Positions 14,331 to 31,817 are shown, counted from the first letter of the stretch. The stretch: DNA of 64,000 nucleotides from the human T2T-CHM13v2.0 reference genome, Homo sapiens (GCA_009914755.4 CP068257.2:40704001-40768000), one strand, 5' to 3'. Translations and numbers: made by a program. Notes: generated by a model from the letters alone, not told the origin.

Positions 14331-17300
14331 TTTATGGGTATCATGGGAATAATGCCCACTGACTCAGGAAGAGTGGTTAATTCTGGGGAGGGAGGAAAAA
14401 GGATGGATTAAAGGAGTACTTTTATGATTTTATTTCTTTTTAAAATGAGAGGCATTTTTAAAGTGAGAGGCATCAAGGCATAAGTAACTGACAAGTTGAT
14501 GAATCTGGGTAGCACATATATAGATGACACTACATTAGATACCATTCAAGGAAAGGCATTTGACATATGGCTATTTAAAATTTTTATTTAAAGAAATCCA
14601 AATAACGCAGGTGGTGTGGGCAGCAAGTCCCAGCTGCTGGGTGTGAGAGAGGCTGGGAGAAGCCAGCCCTGAGGCTGGGAGTGGCACATGGGTCCTGGTT
14701 TGGGGGCCATTCTCATGCTTCATCCCGGTTGCCTGGCCAATACCCCAGGGGTTTATCTGGTGAGGGATGGGGAAGGGACCACTGACAGAGTAGGAGCATT
14801 GCCATCTTGGACAAGCACCGCCATTTTAAAGTTCACCTTGATCAAAAACTGCCTAAATCCAAAGGGCATCAGCCTAATGGCTAAGGTCAGCAGGACCATA
14901 AACCACAAATGACATCTCTGACCAGAAACTTTCCAACCATAAGAAATAAACTCCTCCCCGACCAGAGGCATGCCAGGCCCAAGATAACCTCCCCTCCAGC
15001 CAGAGACATTCCAACCCCACCATAAAGTTCTCCCCAACACGGAAACATTCCAAGCTTGTGATAAGCTCTCACCCTAAAACCAATAAATACTCTTAGTCTG
15101 TAAGAGAGAGTGCTCCTGACCAAAGTGACCAGAAGCCCCTCTCAGGTTTATTCTCCAAAATCAACCTGTCTTTGACTGTTGAGCCACTTTTTGCATTTCT
15201 TTCCTCTTTCTTTAACTCTTACAACCACTTTTAAATCCCAGAAGCATCCAGCTTGATGGCAAATAAAAGTCTTAAGTCCTTTCACATTTTAAAATTTTAA
15301 TTCCCAGGTCTTTGGGCCCCTGCAGTGCAATCTCAACTTTCTCTCTATATTAGCAGAGTCGACAGATCCACCTGAGGATGAGTGCCTGACTGTGTCCTGG
15401 ACAAGCAAGGAGCTTGAACTAGAGAGGGAATTAACATCCCAGTGGAGAAGCACTAGAAAGAGTCAATGTTTAATACAAGTAATCTCTGGATCAAATGCAC
15501 CATGGGTGTGTCACCCATGCTGTGCCCCAGGTCATCCCTCCCCTCGAAGTCTGTCAGAGAACATAAACTAAAGATTATTTTTCTGACTTCTTGAAAATGA
15601 CCATTACTTTGTTCAAAGAGAAGAAGGGTCATTGGTGGCTGCTCACCACTAGAGGAGAAGAAACGGTCTCTTTGATTTTTCATGGGAATCTAGAAATAGA
15701 ATGGTCAGAATTGAAAGTACCTTACATCTCATAAAATGCAACCATAGCTGGTGCCTAATCCCACCACATTCTCTGCAATTGTTAGCCTAGATGACTAGAG
15801 AGTAGTTTTTAGGGAATTCAAAAGAAATTGAAAGCAGGGCCCACCCTTAAGAAATATGTTGTCTACCAAAACAAAAACATGGTGGGACTATCAGAACTGC
15901 AAAGTGACTGTATGAGATGGCCCAGATGGAAACCACACATGACCTCTGGAGCCTTACCCTGGGGCTTCCCTGTTTGTGCAGAGAAAAGGGTGATTTCCCT
16001 GTGTGGAGGAGGAGCCCCTTACAGTCGGCTACCTTTCCAGGGCTGGTGTCCACAGGACTCTGGGTGGTTTGTGCTAAAGGTGCCCTGTGGACATTTCTTA
16101 GGTTTGAGGCAGGCATGCCTCTCACTTGACTCTTCCTACTCACCATCAGCTCCATGTTTCAAAGGATGCTTTTTCCCTGCTGTAATGTATTCATCTCATT
16201 CACTGTTTACTCCATCCAGGAACTGAAAGCAAAGTGTGAGATCACAAAATATGGCAACATCTTCAGGCAAGAGCCTACCTTAATTGCCAATGCCTCCTGG
16301 TGGCTCTTCATTATAGAGGCAGCCCATGTTCTCAAGACTTATAATAGCCCTGTTTTACATATCAAATGGCAAGAAGCTAAATACCAACTCTCCTTAATAC
16401 ATTATTCATACTTCCGTGGCACTCATATGATATCTTGTTTTTCAATGTCTTAAGGAGTTTTACCGAAGAGTTAAGATTTGTTGAGTTCCTATGGACAGAA
16501 GTATTATTGAACAAAGAATATCAGTCAATATTTATTTAACATCCACTGTGTGCACAGCCTTCAGTCCAGGTGCTGTGGGAGGTTACAAAAGAAGAAGATG
16601 ATATGGTCAGTGTTGATAAGAAAGCTGCAGTCATGGAGGCATCATAAACTCCAACTCAGCCCCCAGCATTATGAAATCCATGCAGCATTCATATCGATAT
16701 GTCGTGTCCTCTAGCAGCTCAACATATTAAGAGGGGTTGAGAAGGTAAATATGGTCATTTAAAAAATCAATTCACAGATACACATACAGTCAACAGGGAG
16801 GAAAAATATGTGGTTTTAGGCCTCAATGTTAGCACAACACTCCTAATAGAGGAAGTCTTAAAGGGAAAGAAGACTCTGAATTGGCTCTGCCAGGCAGAGG
16901 TGATCTGACTGAGTCAATGGAGATGTGTTACTTGAGAGGTGAGAAAGAGGATAGTAAATGGAGATGCAACAAGAAAATACCTTTCTCCAGGGCAGCAGGG
17001 CAGGGCCAGACAGTCCTGAGACTCAGAGTAGAAATGGTGGATGATGCCCTGGACAGCCCTTGGGCAGAAGAGTACTTGACTTCCAGATGGCAGCTGCTCA
17101 AGAACCCAAGGTGCAGTGGCCATGACCTGGGCTCTTCACTCTCCTCTACCCTCTTAGGTTCTTCAGCTCTCTGCAAATTAAACTTGTTAAAAAGGAAGAT
17201 TAACAGGAGAAAAAGAAAACAAACTTGATGTTGATATTTTAATTTTTATGTGCATAGAGACCTTCATAGAAAAGAAATGAAGATCCCAAGAAGTGGTTAC

Positions 17301-18691
17301 ACCTAGGGGCTTATATACCACTTTAACAATAGGTAATAAATTATGGAGAAGTGATAAGGGGAAGGGAAAGAAATTTGGAGTCCTAGAGGTGGGAAATTGT
17401 GGGAAGGTAAATATCTGAGGGAAACTAATGGAAGATGAAGGTTATTTTAGTAAAGTTCATTTGTGCAGACCCATCTCAGTGCCAACTTTCAGTCCCCTGG
17501 TAGGGGAGAGAGGAAGAAATACCTTCACAAAGGAAAATTTATGTCCTGCTTTGAGGCAGATTAAGGAGGCCAAAGTGCTCTTTCTGCATTTGATGCTTCT
17601 TCATTGCCTTCATCTCAAAATAATTCCTATTCCAAAGCGGCATATCTCGGGGATAGCAATTCTGATCTCCTTCACTTTCATCTCTGCTGAGGTACAGGAA
17701 GACTGACAGGTGATGCCCCATAGGGTCTAGAGACAGAAAAGTGGAATTCAAGTTTTGTGGGTGTCATTGGACATCCAGCCATAGTTTCCTGCTGGATAAT
17801 AATGATGCCTTCCTTGCCCACCCTCACAAGGTAGGTGTGAGGCTCAAGCAATGGTAGGCAGTGCAACCTGAAGGGTGAAGCACTGTCCACCTGCTGTTAG
17901 CAGATGTCATTGCTGTTATAAGAAGTAAACACACAATGACTACTCTATAGTGGTTGTGACTGTCTCAAGATGCAAACTCTGTAGACATACTCAATCAGTC
18001 CCTCATGATTCTGTTCAGTTTGACTTGACCTAACTCACCGGCCAGCCTCCTGGGCTGTCTCCCCCTCGAGGTTTCATGCCCAGAGTGACTGTTCACTCCT
18101 GGAGCAGATCCTTGCCTTCACCATCCCTTCTAGCTCTTCTCCTGAGCCTCCTCTGCTTGGGTGGGAGTGGCTCTCAGCTCAGCTCCCTGCCACCCCAGCT
18201 GCAGGAGGATGGAAGTCATTGATTGCAGTAGGGTGTGTGTGAAAGTGGGATGGGTAAATGAAGACAATAAACCATCTTGACCTGGCCCGAAGCTCACAGG
18301 TTTGGAGCCTTGAAGTGCAGTGCTGACCTCTGAGCCCAGAAGTCAGTTTTCCAGCAAATGGCATGGCTCTGGTGGCTGAATGATTAAAAACCTTCAGCAA
18401 AGGAGGCTGAATGCCTGCTGATCATCAGACTTTTATAGATTCCAGGTAAAGCAAAGGCAGGAAGAGAGGCAGGGACCCTGGGCTTGTTTATTTGACATAA
18501 TGAGGGTTATTTGGTCATAATTCAATACACTCAATGTGCCAAGGTACAGTTTGCAAAAGAACACAGCCATAAAGCAGGTGAGTTCAGAGAAATCCAGAGA
18601 TAATACAAAGCTCATGGGGTTATTGTGAGTGACAAGGAATGCAGAAGCAAGCACTGGGATCGCATTTCCCAACCCCCACCCCACTCCTTTT

Positions 18692-18978
18692 TTTTCTGAG
18701 ACAGAGTCTCACTCTGTCACCCAGACTGGAGTGCAGTGGCATGATCTTGGCTCGCTGCAACCTCCAACTCCAGGGTTCAAGTGATTCTCCTGCCTCAGCC
18801 TCCTGAGTAGCTGGGAATACAGGTGTGCACCACCACGCTCAGCTAATTTTTGTGTCTTTAGTAGAGACGGGGTTTTGCCATGTTGGCCAGGCTGGTCTTG
18901 AACTTGCGACCTCAAGTGATTCGCCCACCTCAGCCTCCCAAAGTGCTGGGATTACAGGCATGAGCCACCGCGCCCGGC
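18692..18978 (-). mobile_element. Alu (antisense)
   Basis: ttttttttctgagacagagtctcactctgtcacccagactggagtgcagtggc ... ggattacaggcatgagccaccgcgcccggcc. Confidence 0.9.
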
Positions 18979-19234
18979 CCCCAAACCTTTTTGACTTGTG
19001 AACACATTTCACAGGGAAAAGAAACCCATCTTACCCATCTTGTTTGGAATTTTACAAAAACTTATTTGCAGTAACCTTGTCTGGCATAAGATAAGATGAA
19101 CTGATATAAAACTATTTTATTTTAGATAAGCGTTTCATCAAAAATGCAATAATTCAGATTATGGTCATTTGTTTTCCTTTTTAACCTTATTTTTAATTCT
19201 AGAGAAATTTTGATGTGCTCTATGAGACTTTTAA

Positions 19235-19891
<657 letters not shown>

Positions 19892-20249
19892 TAGAGCTTT
19901 GAAGCACTTGATGACCAAAACTGATGTAACTACTAGGACCTTGAGCTGAGCAGGGGCTGCAATCTCAACATCAGACAAAATAGAATTCAGGCCAGCAGGC
20001 ATCAGACATGATGAAGACAGACGCTTGGCAGGTCACAGTTCACAATGGAGCAATAACAGTTATAAATATTTTTGCACCAAGAAAGGGATAGGAAAAGTAT
20101 ATTTATTTTATAAGCCAGAAACAGTGAGATACAAGCAGAAATAGACAAAACCCATAACTGGTCATGAGAACATCATTCTGAAGATAAGACAAGTCAAGTG
20201 AACAAAGAAAAAAGTAAGTAAAAAAATAGAACTCAAGGAATATAATTAA

Positions 20250-21430
<1,181 letters not shown>

Positions 21431-21954
21431 TGCTTATTTTTTTAAAAAAGAAAGAGACTTTATTCCAGTAAACATTTTGCAAACCAGGGAGACACCCCCT
21501 TCGGTACAAAACAAAGGTGCAATCTGAGACAACAAAGAGAGGGGTTGTCTTTTAAAGAGAAAGCTCCCTCTGGGTTCCCACTCTCGTCTGCTATGCAAAT
21601 AGGGGATGCAAACTTGCTTAGCTGTGGTTAGTTGACGCTTGTTTAGTTCTGATTGGTAGATGTGGGCCACATTCTCCTGGTGAGCTCCAGGGGCCGAGGG
21701 GAGGCTTTCCAGTAGCCGTTGATACAGGAGTGAACAGGAGCAGCTATGAATGTCCCAGAACGAAGCAAACATGTGGGTTTCCAGGAATGCAGAGTACGTG
21801 TGTGACGTCTAGTCAGCAAATGGCCACACGGCTCTATTTTGAATTTAGCCCCAGTTGGCTCCCCGGGATCCACCTTGAAGGGCTGGTTCTTTCGGGATTC
21901 CCAGAAAAAAAAGCCGTAAGAATCTCCATGTCCAGATAATCTCACAGGGAAATT

Positions 21955-23230
21955 CTAGCCAAGCTTCAAGTACCTAACAGTCCCAATGCTGCAAAAATTG
22001 TTTCAGACACTTAAAAACAAAGGAAAATGCACAAATTTATACAAAAATGTGAACTGAAAATGTGTCATAGACAAAAGTATAAGCACCAAAGTTATAAAAC
22101 TCCTAGAAGAGAATATAATAGAACACGTCCGTGGCCTTGAATTAGGCAAAGATTTCTAGGTAGGAAACATAAAGTTTGAATCATAAAAGAAAAATGAGAA
22201 AAACTAGATTTCATCAAAATTAAAGATATTTTCTCTTTGAAAAATATTCTTAAGGAAATGAACGAAAAGGTAAGTCACAGACTAGGAGAAAATATTTGCA
22301 CAAAATATATCTAGTAAAGGACTTGTATGCAGAATATATAAAGAATTTTACAACTCATTACAAAGAAGAAAAAGACACCTGAGTTAAAAAGTGTTGAAGA
22401 TTTAGACAGATACTTTACCTGAGAAGATGTGTGAAAAATAAGCTCATGAAAAGATGTTCAACATCCTTAGTTACTAGTGAAATGTAAATTAAAATGAAAA
22501 CAGGATATCACATTCCACACACCACAATGGCTAAAATGTAAAAGACTAGTAAACCAAGGATGTAGTAAGCATTTGCAAATCTCCTCCATTGTGGCTGGGG
22601 AGACAAAATGGCTCAATCCTTGGAAAACAATTTTTTCAGATTCTTATGAAGTTAAACATAACACCGTACTATCCAGAAATCCACTCATAGCTACACTTCC
22701 AAGAAAAAAGGCATTTCCTCAAGCATTTACCCAAATCCCTTCACATACATGTGCATAATTGTTCATAGTAACTTTACCCATAATAGTAAAAAGCTGGGAA
22801 TAATCCAGATGTCATCACCTGGTAAATAGGTAAGCATATTGCAGTGTATCCTGCTGTGGAATACTACTCAGCAATGAAAAGGAACGAACCACCCTTCTGT
22901 GCAACAACCTGGAAGAATCTCAAAGAAAGCTGTGTGCTGTGTGAAAGAAAACAGACTTCAAAGACTGTGCACTGTCTGCACTGTGTGATTAAACTTACTT
23001 GAAATTCTAGAAGAAATGAAACTAAAGCAAAAAAACACAGATTCTTGGTTTTCTGGCGCTAGGGAGAGGCTATTGACAGCAAAGGGCACGACGGGATTTT
23101 CTTGGAGGGAATGAATGTTCTACATCTTGATTGTGGTAGTGTTTACACAGTTGTATACATTTGTCAAAACTCAATGAACTGATTCATTTAAAATGGGTGA
23201 GTTTTATTGTATGTGAATTATACCTCCGAG
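21955..23230 (+). mobile_element. Old L1 fragment (sense), ORF2 3' region and 3'UTR-like
   Basis: L1-like text (ccacaatggctaaaatgtaaaagactagtaaaccaagg...gcaaatctcctccattgtggctggggagacaaaatggctcaatccttggaaaacaatttt...). Recognised from memory. Confidence 0.5.
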
Positions 23231-25277
23231 AAACTAATTTTTAAAAAAATCTCAAGGCATGAGCATTGCCATCATCAGCGTTACTAATGTGAACACAGTG
23301 AACTGATGAAATGACGGGGCAATTTGCAACGTGTGATAGGCACTGAGATCTCTCTCTGGACATCAGGAAGCTGCGTGTTGTCAGATGCCGAAGCCGAACC
23401 CACTTGCCCATTGGGCTGCAGGAAGGCTGAGAGTCTGTCCCCAGCATGGATAGCAGAGGGCGCTGTGGAGCATCATTAGCCTGTAGGGTTCTTTAGGGGA
23501 AAACACCTTAATGAGCCCTGTGCACTCGGAAGGTTGAATAGAGGGCCCTTCCTTCCTCTAAGCCACATTTCTGGTTGCGCCACATTAAGTCAAACAATTA
23601 TTAAGTGCTGAGCAGTCTTTGGATCACAGAAAACAAACACAGAGGCTGCAGCCACTGGGCCCTGTGGAAAACTGGCGGCCGTCCTGCGATGGTGTCAGCT
23701 CATCCGTGTCCGCGCTGCTGGAGGCCTGGCAGGAGCTGAGATCAGAGCCCTTCAGCGGGAGTGGGGCTACTCCTCCCTCCCCTGGTTTCCCTGGAAGCTG
23801 AGAAAGTTCCCAGGAAAGTGCTGAAAACCTCCCACCACTCTTTACACAGACCTGAGAGGGGGCTGAGGTGGGGGAAGCTCTGTTGCAGAGATGGGCTGAC
23901 TCGGGGAATAGGCCGGTGGGGCGGGACAGATGCTGGAGGGACAGATGGGGCGTCAGAGGAGACAGAGGCTGTCAGGGAGCTGTGGTCCTGCACATGGGAA
24001 CCAGTCCTTGCCCAGCCTGTCTGGAGGCCCCTGGGCTGCTGCTAGTTACTGAGAGGGCGCAGTGGCCAGGCTGCACCTCCCTGTGGCCTGGTCCCTCCAC
24101 TAGCTGGAGGAAGGTGGGGCTGCTCCCTCCCAGCCAGTGCCGAGTGGCTGCAGACCCAGAAGACACACGCTGTATATATTCCTGCATGCATGGCCCTGAA
24201 ATGGTGGCCTCATGGGTTGCAGTGTCCACGCTGCTTCCACAAGGAAGAAACGGCTGCTTGCTCCACGCCTGGGGGCCCCAAGGCTCAGGCATCCTTGCCG
24301 TGGCCCACCCAGCAAAGTGCAGCAAGAGGGAAGGCAACACGCCTGCCTATTTCACTGGCAAGGGCAGGCCCCCAGGGGTTTCTGGGAGAGGTACAATAGC
24401 AGAGTTCCAGCTTGGGGTGGGGATAGCTATGTGTCAGGACCACAGCATTAGCCAGGGCCACAGGCAGGTGAGGCAGAGGTAGGCAACCATGGAAGAGCCC
24501 CTGGGAGAGGAACCCCGATGTGCTTATGGAGGGGCTTGGTAGGCATTGGCCCTCCTGTGTGAGCAGGTGGAATGCTGAGGGTCTGATGGCCGGGTGCCCG
24601 CCACTGGGACAGTCACTGTGAGACAACCAGGACCACGTGTGTCTTCCCGGAAGAATGGGCCTAGGATATGAGGATGTGCATGTATGAACAATCATAGCAA
24701 GAACAGCTCTAAGCACATCCTAATTCAACTCATGAAGCCTCACCACAAACCCAGAAGGGAAGATGTTATGAATATCTGTACTTAGCATATGAGTAAAACT
24801 AGGGTCAAAAAGTCTACGTAACTTGTCCAAGGTCACACAGTGACCCTGAGAGAGAAATCGCTGTAGAGCCGAAGTGCGATAGATATTTTTGAGATCTGAT
24901 TCACACACCCTCATTGCAGCCCCCTGACTCCAGTTAACTGCCCAGCATCCCATGGTGGGGGTCAGATTGGGCTTCTAAGGCAGGGTGGGTTGAGGGGGAC
25001 ATCACACTGGGGCTGGCCCCTGAAGCAATAGCTAGAGATATTCATGCGTGTACCACAACTCCAAACTATAGATAATGAATATAAAATGCATGTAATGAAT
25101 ATGCAGTCTATTCCCATTACATATTCTCTATTTGCAAATTCGCCTACTCACTAAAATTTATTGGTGACCCTAAATCAATACTTGGGGTGCTTTCAAGGTC
25201 GTTTGCAGAAACGTACAAAGTGGTGACAAATTTGAGTCACAGACATGCATATTCCCAACTGAAGTCACACAAGGCCT

Positions 25278-25575
25278 TTTTTATTTTTGAGATGGAGTCT
25301 TGCTCTTTTCGCCCAGGCTGGAGCGCAAATGTGCGCTCGCAGCTCACCACAACCTCTACCTCCACCACCCAGGTTCAAGCAATTCTCCTGGCTTGGCCTC
25401 CAGAGTAGCTGGGATTACAGGTGCCTGCCACCACACCTGGCTAACTTTTGTATTTTTAGTAAAGACAGGGTTTCATCGTGTTAGCCAGGATGGTCTCGAT
25501 CTCCTGGCCTTGTGATCCGCCCGCCCCAGCCTCCCAAAGTGCTGGGATTACTGGCATGAGCCACCATGCCCAGCC
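25278..25575 (-). mobile_element. Alu (antisense)
   Basis: tttttgagatggagtcttgctcttttcgcccaggctggagcgcaaatg ... ggattactggcatgagccaccatgcccagcc. Confidence 0.9.
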
Positions 25576-26307
25576 ACACAAGGCCTTCTTGCCTCAACCC
25601 ATACTGTGAACTAATGTCCTTTTCTTGGTCTATGTAGTGCCACGTTTTTATGCCTGTTGTTGGTGATTTCCCATTTAAGATGCCCCCATGTGCCATAGTG
25701 AGGAGCTGTCTGGTGTCCTGGGTGTGAGGTGATATGCCTCTGGGGAAAACACCAGGGGCAGGGCAGCCTCACTGGGGCTGGGAGACAGGGTGCCGGCCTG
25801 GAGTTCACCATTAATGTAACCACCGTGTGCACTCCACAAGGTGTCTACAGGAAACACCCTCGAGCCTGGCTACATATGGCTGGTTAATGAAATGCTCCCA
25901 GAAGCTTGCAGAAACCTGACCCTGTACTTCCCCAGGAGCGAGGGTTCCAGATTCACTAAGTCAGGGCTGGCAGCGACTTCATAGAGCTTAACTACATGAA
26001 TGCCAGAACGTACTGTATAGATACCCACTATAAATCAGCACTAAAGTGCCTGTGCACATACAGCTGTGCAGCACTTAACGACAGGGAAATGTTGTGAGAA
26101 ACGCGTCATGAGGGGTTTTGTCGTTGTGTGAACACCGTAGAATGTGCTTAATGCATAGCTAGAGGGCAGCGCCTGCTGCACACCCAGGCTGCACGGTTGG
26201 CTCCCAGGCTGCAAACCCGTGCAGCGACTGACTGGACTGAACACTGGAAGCAACCGTAACGCAGTGGTAAGCATTTGTGTATCTAAACATAGAAAAGGTA
26301 CAGCCAA

Positions 26308-26612
26308 GGCCGGGCATGGTGACTTATGCCTGTATCCCCAGCACTTTGGGAGGCCGAGGTGGGCAGATCCTGAGGTCAGGAGTTCGAGACCAGTCTGACC
26401 AACACGGTGAAACCCCGTCTCAACTAAAAGTACAAAAATTAGCTGGGTGTGGTGGCGAGTGCCTGTAATCCCAGCTACTTGGGAAGTTGAGGCAGGAGAA
26501 TCACTTGAACCCAGGAGGCGGAGGTTGCAGTGAGCCGAGATTGGTGCCATTGCACTCTGGCCTGGGCAACAGGGCGAGACTCCTTTTCAAAAAAAAAAAG
26601 AAAAAAGAAAAG
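26308..26612 (+). mobile_element. Alu (sense)
   Basis: ggccgggcatggtgacttatgcctgtatccccagcactttgggaggccgaggtgggcagatc ... poly-A. Confidence 0.9.
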
Positions 26613-26829
26613 ATACAGTCAAAACATGGTGTGAAAGATAAAGAATGGGACGGTATGTAGGCACTTACCATGAACGGAGCTTGCGGGACCGGACAAGACA
26701 GGGAGGGAGTGGGGAGTGAATTCGAAGGCCCAGGACACGACTGTCCTACCATAGACTTCATAAACACACGACATTTATAAAAAATACTATTCTTTCTTCA
26801 ATAATAAAATTAACCTCAACTTACTGTAA

Positions 26830-27176
<347 letters not shown>

Positions 27177-27966
27177 AAAATTCTGACTCTTTTTAATAAT
27201 ACTTGCTTAAAACACAAATGCATTGTGCAACTGTACAAAAATATTTTCTTTCTTTATATCCTTATTCTATAAACTTTTTAGTAATTTTAATATTTTTTAA
27301 CTTTTTTAGACTTTTTGTTAAAAGCTAAAACACACACACATTAGCCGAGGCCCTCGCAGGGTTAGGATTCTCACTGCCACCGTCGTCCACCTCCACATCT
27401 CGTCCCACTGGAAGGTCTTCAGGGCCAGTAACACGCAGGAAGCTGTCATCTCCTATGATAACAATACCTGACTCTGGAACCTCCTGAAGGGCCCGCCTGA
27501 GGCTGTTCACAGTTAACTGTTTTTATATAAGTAGAAGGAGTACACTCTAAAATAACAATAAAAAGTGTAGTATGTACATAAGCCAGTCACACTGCCATTT
27601 ATAATCATAGCCAGTATTAGGTGGTGTACATGATTTTATGTGCTGTACTTTCATACAACTGGCAGTGCAGTAGGTGTGTTGACTCCAGCCTTCCCACAAA
27701 CAGCTTAGTAACGCGTCATGCTGTGACGTTACAATGGCCCTGATGTCACCAGGTGATGGAAATTTTTCAGCTTCATTGTAACCTTATGGGATCACAGTCA
27801 TATACGAGGCCCACTGTTGACCAAAACATTGTCATGCGTGGTGCATGACTGTGTATGCGGCGAGCGCTAGGTATAGTGAATATATAAAGAATAAGTGTGT
27901 GTTATCCAGGATTACCACATTCTGGAGGCAGAGCTGGCTGTCCTACATGGTACTTGGAAGAAGTTT

Positions 27967-28070
27967 GTTTTTTTTTTTGATACGGAGTCTCGCTCTGTCA
28001 CCAGGCTGGAGCGCAGTGGCGTGATCTCAGCTCACTGCAACCTCCGCCTCCCAGGTTCAAGCCATTCTCC
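27967..28070 (-). mobile_element. Alu fragment (antisense, ~100 bp, truncated)
   Basis: tttttttttgatacggagtctcgctctgtcaccaggctggagcgcagtggcgtgatctcagctcactgcaacctccgcctcccaggttcaagccattctcc. Confidence 0.8.
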
Positions 28071-28184
28071 TTGGAAGATGCTTTTTTATAGGAGGCCACA
28101 GGACAAGACCACAAGGCCACCGGCGGCCTCTGGCAGGAGCTCCATGTAGTGGGGGCCTGCTGTGTGCACCAGGCAGCTCACAAA

Positions 28185-28185
<1 letters not shown>

Positions 28186-28239
<54 letters not shown>
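28186..28239. repeat. (ATT)n microsatellite, ~18 units
   Basis: attattatt... read directly. Explains the poly-Tyr run in ORF 28149..28364. Confidence 0.95.
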
Positions 28240-28556
<317 letters not shown>

Positions 28557-30289
28557 TAATCATTACTCATATTTTACAAACAGAAAGCCTGAGAATCTGA
28601 GAGATTTTTAAAAACCTCCCCACGGTGACCCACCTGGGCCATCAACCTGCACACATGGTGACAGCTCCTGCTGTTCCCACCCCCAGCGAGCTGACCGACC
28701 CCATCTCCTATAATTGCTTCTCAAGCCATCTCTGTTACCTGGACCAGCCAGGCAGGGACCTGGAGGAGCGCAGGGAGCCAGGAGGGCAGGCAGTTGACTT
28801 GAGGGCCACAGCGGCTGTCCTGGTTAGGTCGATGGCCACTGGGCCCTCCCGCCAAGCCTCACCGGCTCTGCCATCCATGAGGTCCCTGCCTGCACTGGAT
28901 AGGGATTATTGGAGCCTCTGCAGGGAAAGGGAACAGAAGGGAAGGGAACCAGGGGCAAGCAGAGGAGACGAGAAGCAGCAGGAGACCCCAGGAGGAAGGG
29001 GCAGGGAGGCAATGATTGGGGGAGAAAATGGAAAAGAGGGCGAAGGGAAAAGAAAGCCTTGTTTTACTCAAGGGGTGGGTTCAAATGTCACCAGCTGTTG
29101 CTCCAGGGCCCCTGGGGGGACCCCCCAAAGGAGGAGGAAGGGGGTGGCCCACTCTGAGCTATCTTGTGGTGGCACGTGGTTAATTAACTCACTCATAGTG
29201 CTGGAGCCAGCAGGAGCTGTACTATCGGTAACAGATCAGAGTGGCCCACGGACCCCCAAGCCCAGGCCCATGGCAAACACAACGGAAGTTGCTTCAGAAT
29301 GCCTGCTCAAGGATCCGAAGGGCAATGTAGGAACTGGTTCAGAAACTGGGGCCTTCATGGATCAGAGAATTTCTGAAGGAGGAAATGGGATTGGAGTACC
29401 AGCATGAGAAGAAAGTTCCCAGAAAGACACCATGGGAAACACAAGTGCCCACATATTAAAGACGTTCCTGCACCTAGAGCCTCATGCCAAGTGGCCTGCA
29501 GACAACTGCCTGAGAACAAAAGTCTGCAGACCAGAAACTGCCCGAAGAGGCATGAAACCAGAAGCTTTCACCTCATCCGGCACCCAAGAAGGCCCCAGTG
29601 CCAACTCCGGGAGCAGAACCTCCACACTCTTCACCCGGGAGGCACAGATAATTCACATGCCCCTGGAGAGCATGCCAACCACCCTTTCCAGGAATCCACT
29701 GGCCTGATTTGGCTTTTCCGCCAGTGTGGCCAGGGCTGGCTGACCCTGGAACCCATAAACTAAGTGTACTGGGGGGGACAAACGAGAGAGGACACGGCAG
29801 TCTGGGAAGGATAAATTCACAAGCATGAGCATCCGTCTCCGCCACCTGATTATCTTGAGTGTTTCTGAGACCCCGTGTTGCTAACAAGGGCCACTGTTCA
29901 TTGAGCTGATGATATGTTGTAGGTAAGACTGAGACACAGCTGAGACCCAAGGCAGCATGTGGCCTCCTCGCAAAGCAGGCATCCGGAGAGTTGATGTAAG
30001 GCCACATCCGTTCCTTGAAGAAGCACTTCCTAATACTCCCATCTTCCAATAGGAAGCTAGTGGCACTGGCCCCACCCCACCCTGGAGGGCAGAGGCCTTG
30101 GATTTTCTGGGGTGACAGGAGTGGGCTATTGGGTGACACATTTGCTAAGGCAATTGGCTTCGGGTAGGAGAGGGATGTTGGGGGAAGCAACAGAAAGACT
30201 GGCCTAGCGTCATCCACTCTGCACTCCCACCACCGAGCTGAATGACACCAGGACCTCTTAAAGGAGACACAAAAGAATCTTTCAACTAA

Positions 30290-30850
30290 ACACAGAGCTG
30301 CTATTCAATGCAGCAGTCCCCACTGAGTATCTATCCAAAGGAAATGAAATCATTCTATCAAAAAGATACCTGTACTTGTACATTTATCGCAGCACTATTC
30401 ACAATAGCAAAGATATGGAATCAACCTAAGTGTCCATCAACAGGCAAATGGATTTAAAAAGTGGTATGTATACACAATGAAATAATATTCAGCCATAAAA
30501 AGAATTAAATCATGTCTTTTGCAGCAACATGGATGGAACTGGAGGTCATTATCTTAAGTGAAATGAACTAGACACAGAAAGTCAAATATCACCTGTTCTC
30601 ACTCGTAAGTGGATGCTAAAAATGTGTCCACGTGCACATAGAGAGGAATGGTGGGCAATGGACATGTGGATGGCTGACGGGGGTAGGGGGCAGATGATGA
30701 GAAGTTAGTTAATGGGTACAGTGTACGTGATTCAGGTGGTGGACACCCTAAAAGCTCTGACTTGACTACTATGCAAACTACACATGTAACAAAATTGCAC
30801 ACGTACCCTGTCAATTGGTACGATAATAATAATAATAATGAATAAATAAG
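30290..30850 (+). mobile_element. L1 3'-end fragment (sense), ending in an (AATAAT)n/A-rich tail
   Basis: ctattcacaatagcaaagatatggaatcaacctaagtgtccatcaacaggcaaatggat...catgtcttttgcagcaacatggatggaactggaggtcattatcttaagtgaa is the characteristic L1 3'-terminal region. Confidence 0.65.
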
Positions 30851-31333
30851 AATATTTCACACAGTGATCTCCGCACGGCTGGCATTGCCTTAATGAAATG
30901 CTGTCAACTTCCTCCCTTGAATATCCTCAACTGTTAGCAGATTACCAAAGCTACCCTCAGGCAGAGGCCAGAAAACACAGAAGCAAAGAGTTGGGAGAGA
31001 ATTTTTGGCCTACCTGGTCAAGGCCCCTCCCTGCTTGCCTTAGAAATAGGAGACGACCGGCTGCCGCACAATCGTCTCAAAATCGAGGGGTCTGCGATGC
31101 ATTCGGTCAAAGAGAAAGGATTTTGCAATTGCAATCTGAAGTCACGTATCACTCCAAGAGGTTTTTAGGGCTAGTCATTTGAGTTTTTATAAAAAGGACT
31201 GAGAATGGGAGTTACAAAGTGATTGTGAATTCTGAAATGTTCTTACATGCAATACTTTTTTATTGCTTTTAGAGAAACCTGAATGTATTTGATGAATTTT
31301 TTCTCTTAGAAAAATGGAAGGGACATTAAAACT

Positions 31334-31760
<427 letters not shown>

Positions 31761-31811
31761 ACCACCTCTGTGTTAATGAAACCAAAAAGAAATTTAGCAG
31801 ATTTTAAGGGT

Positions 31812-31817
31812 TTTATT
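31812..31817 (-). terminator. TFF2: TFF2 polyadenylation signal AATAAA
   Basis: Minus-strand AATAAA lies ~150 nt downstream of the TAA stop, consistent with a short 3'UTR. Confidence 0.6.

Noticed and set aside
23600-24720. GC-rich block with many overlapping ORFs on both strands (e.g. 204 aa at 23868..24482)
   Set aside because: ORFs in all frames and strands simultaneously is the signature of GC-rich non-coding DNA. No protein homology recognised. It could be a regulatory or CpG-rich region but there is no evidence for coding.
28625-29407. 260-aa plus-strand ORF in GC/purine-rich DNA
   Set aside because: No recognisable domain and a biased low-complexity composition (runs of G/E/R/K from GA-rich sequence). 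No splice or promoter context. The sequence is flanked by Alu elements (28240-28512 on the 5' side, none verified on the 3' side). Most likely a chance ORF in non-coding intergenic DNA between TFF3 and TFF2.
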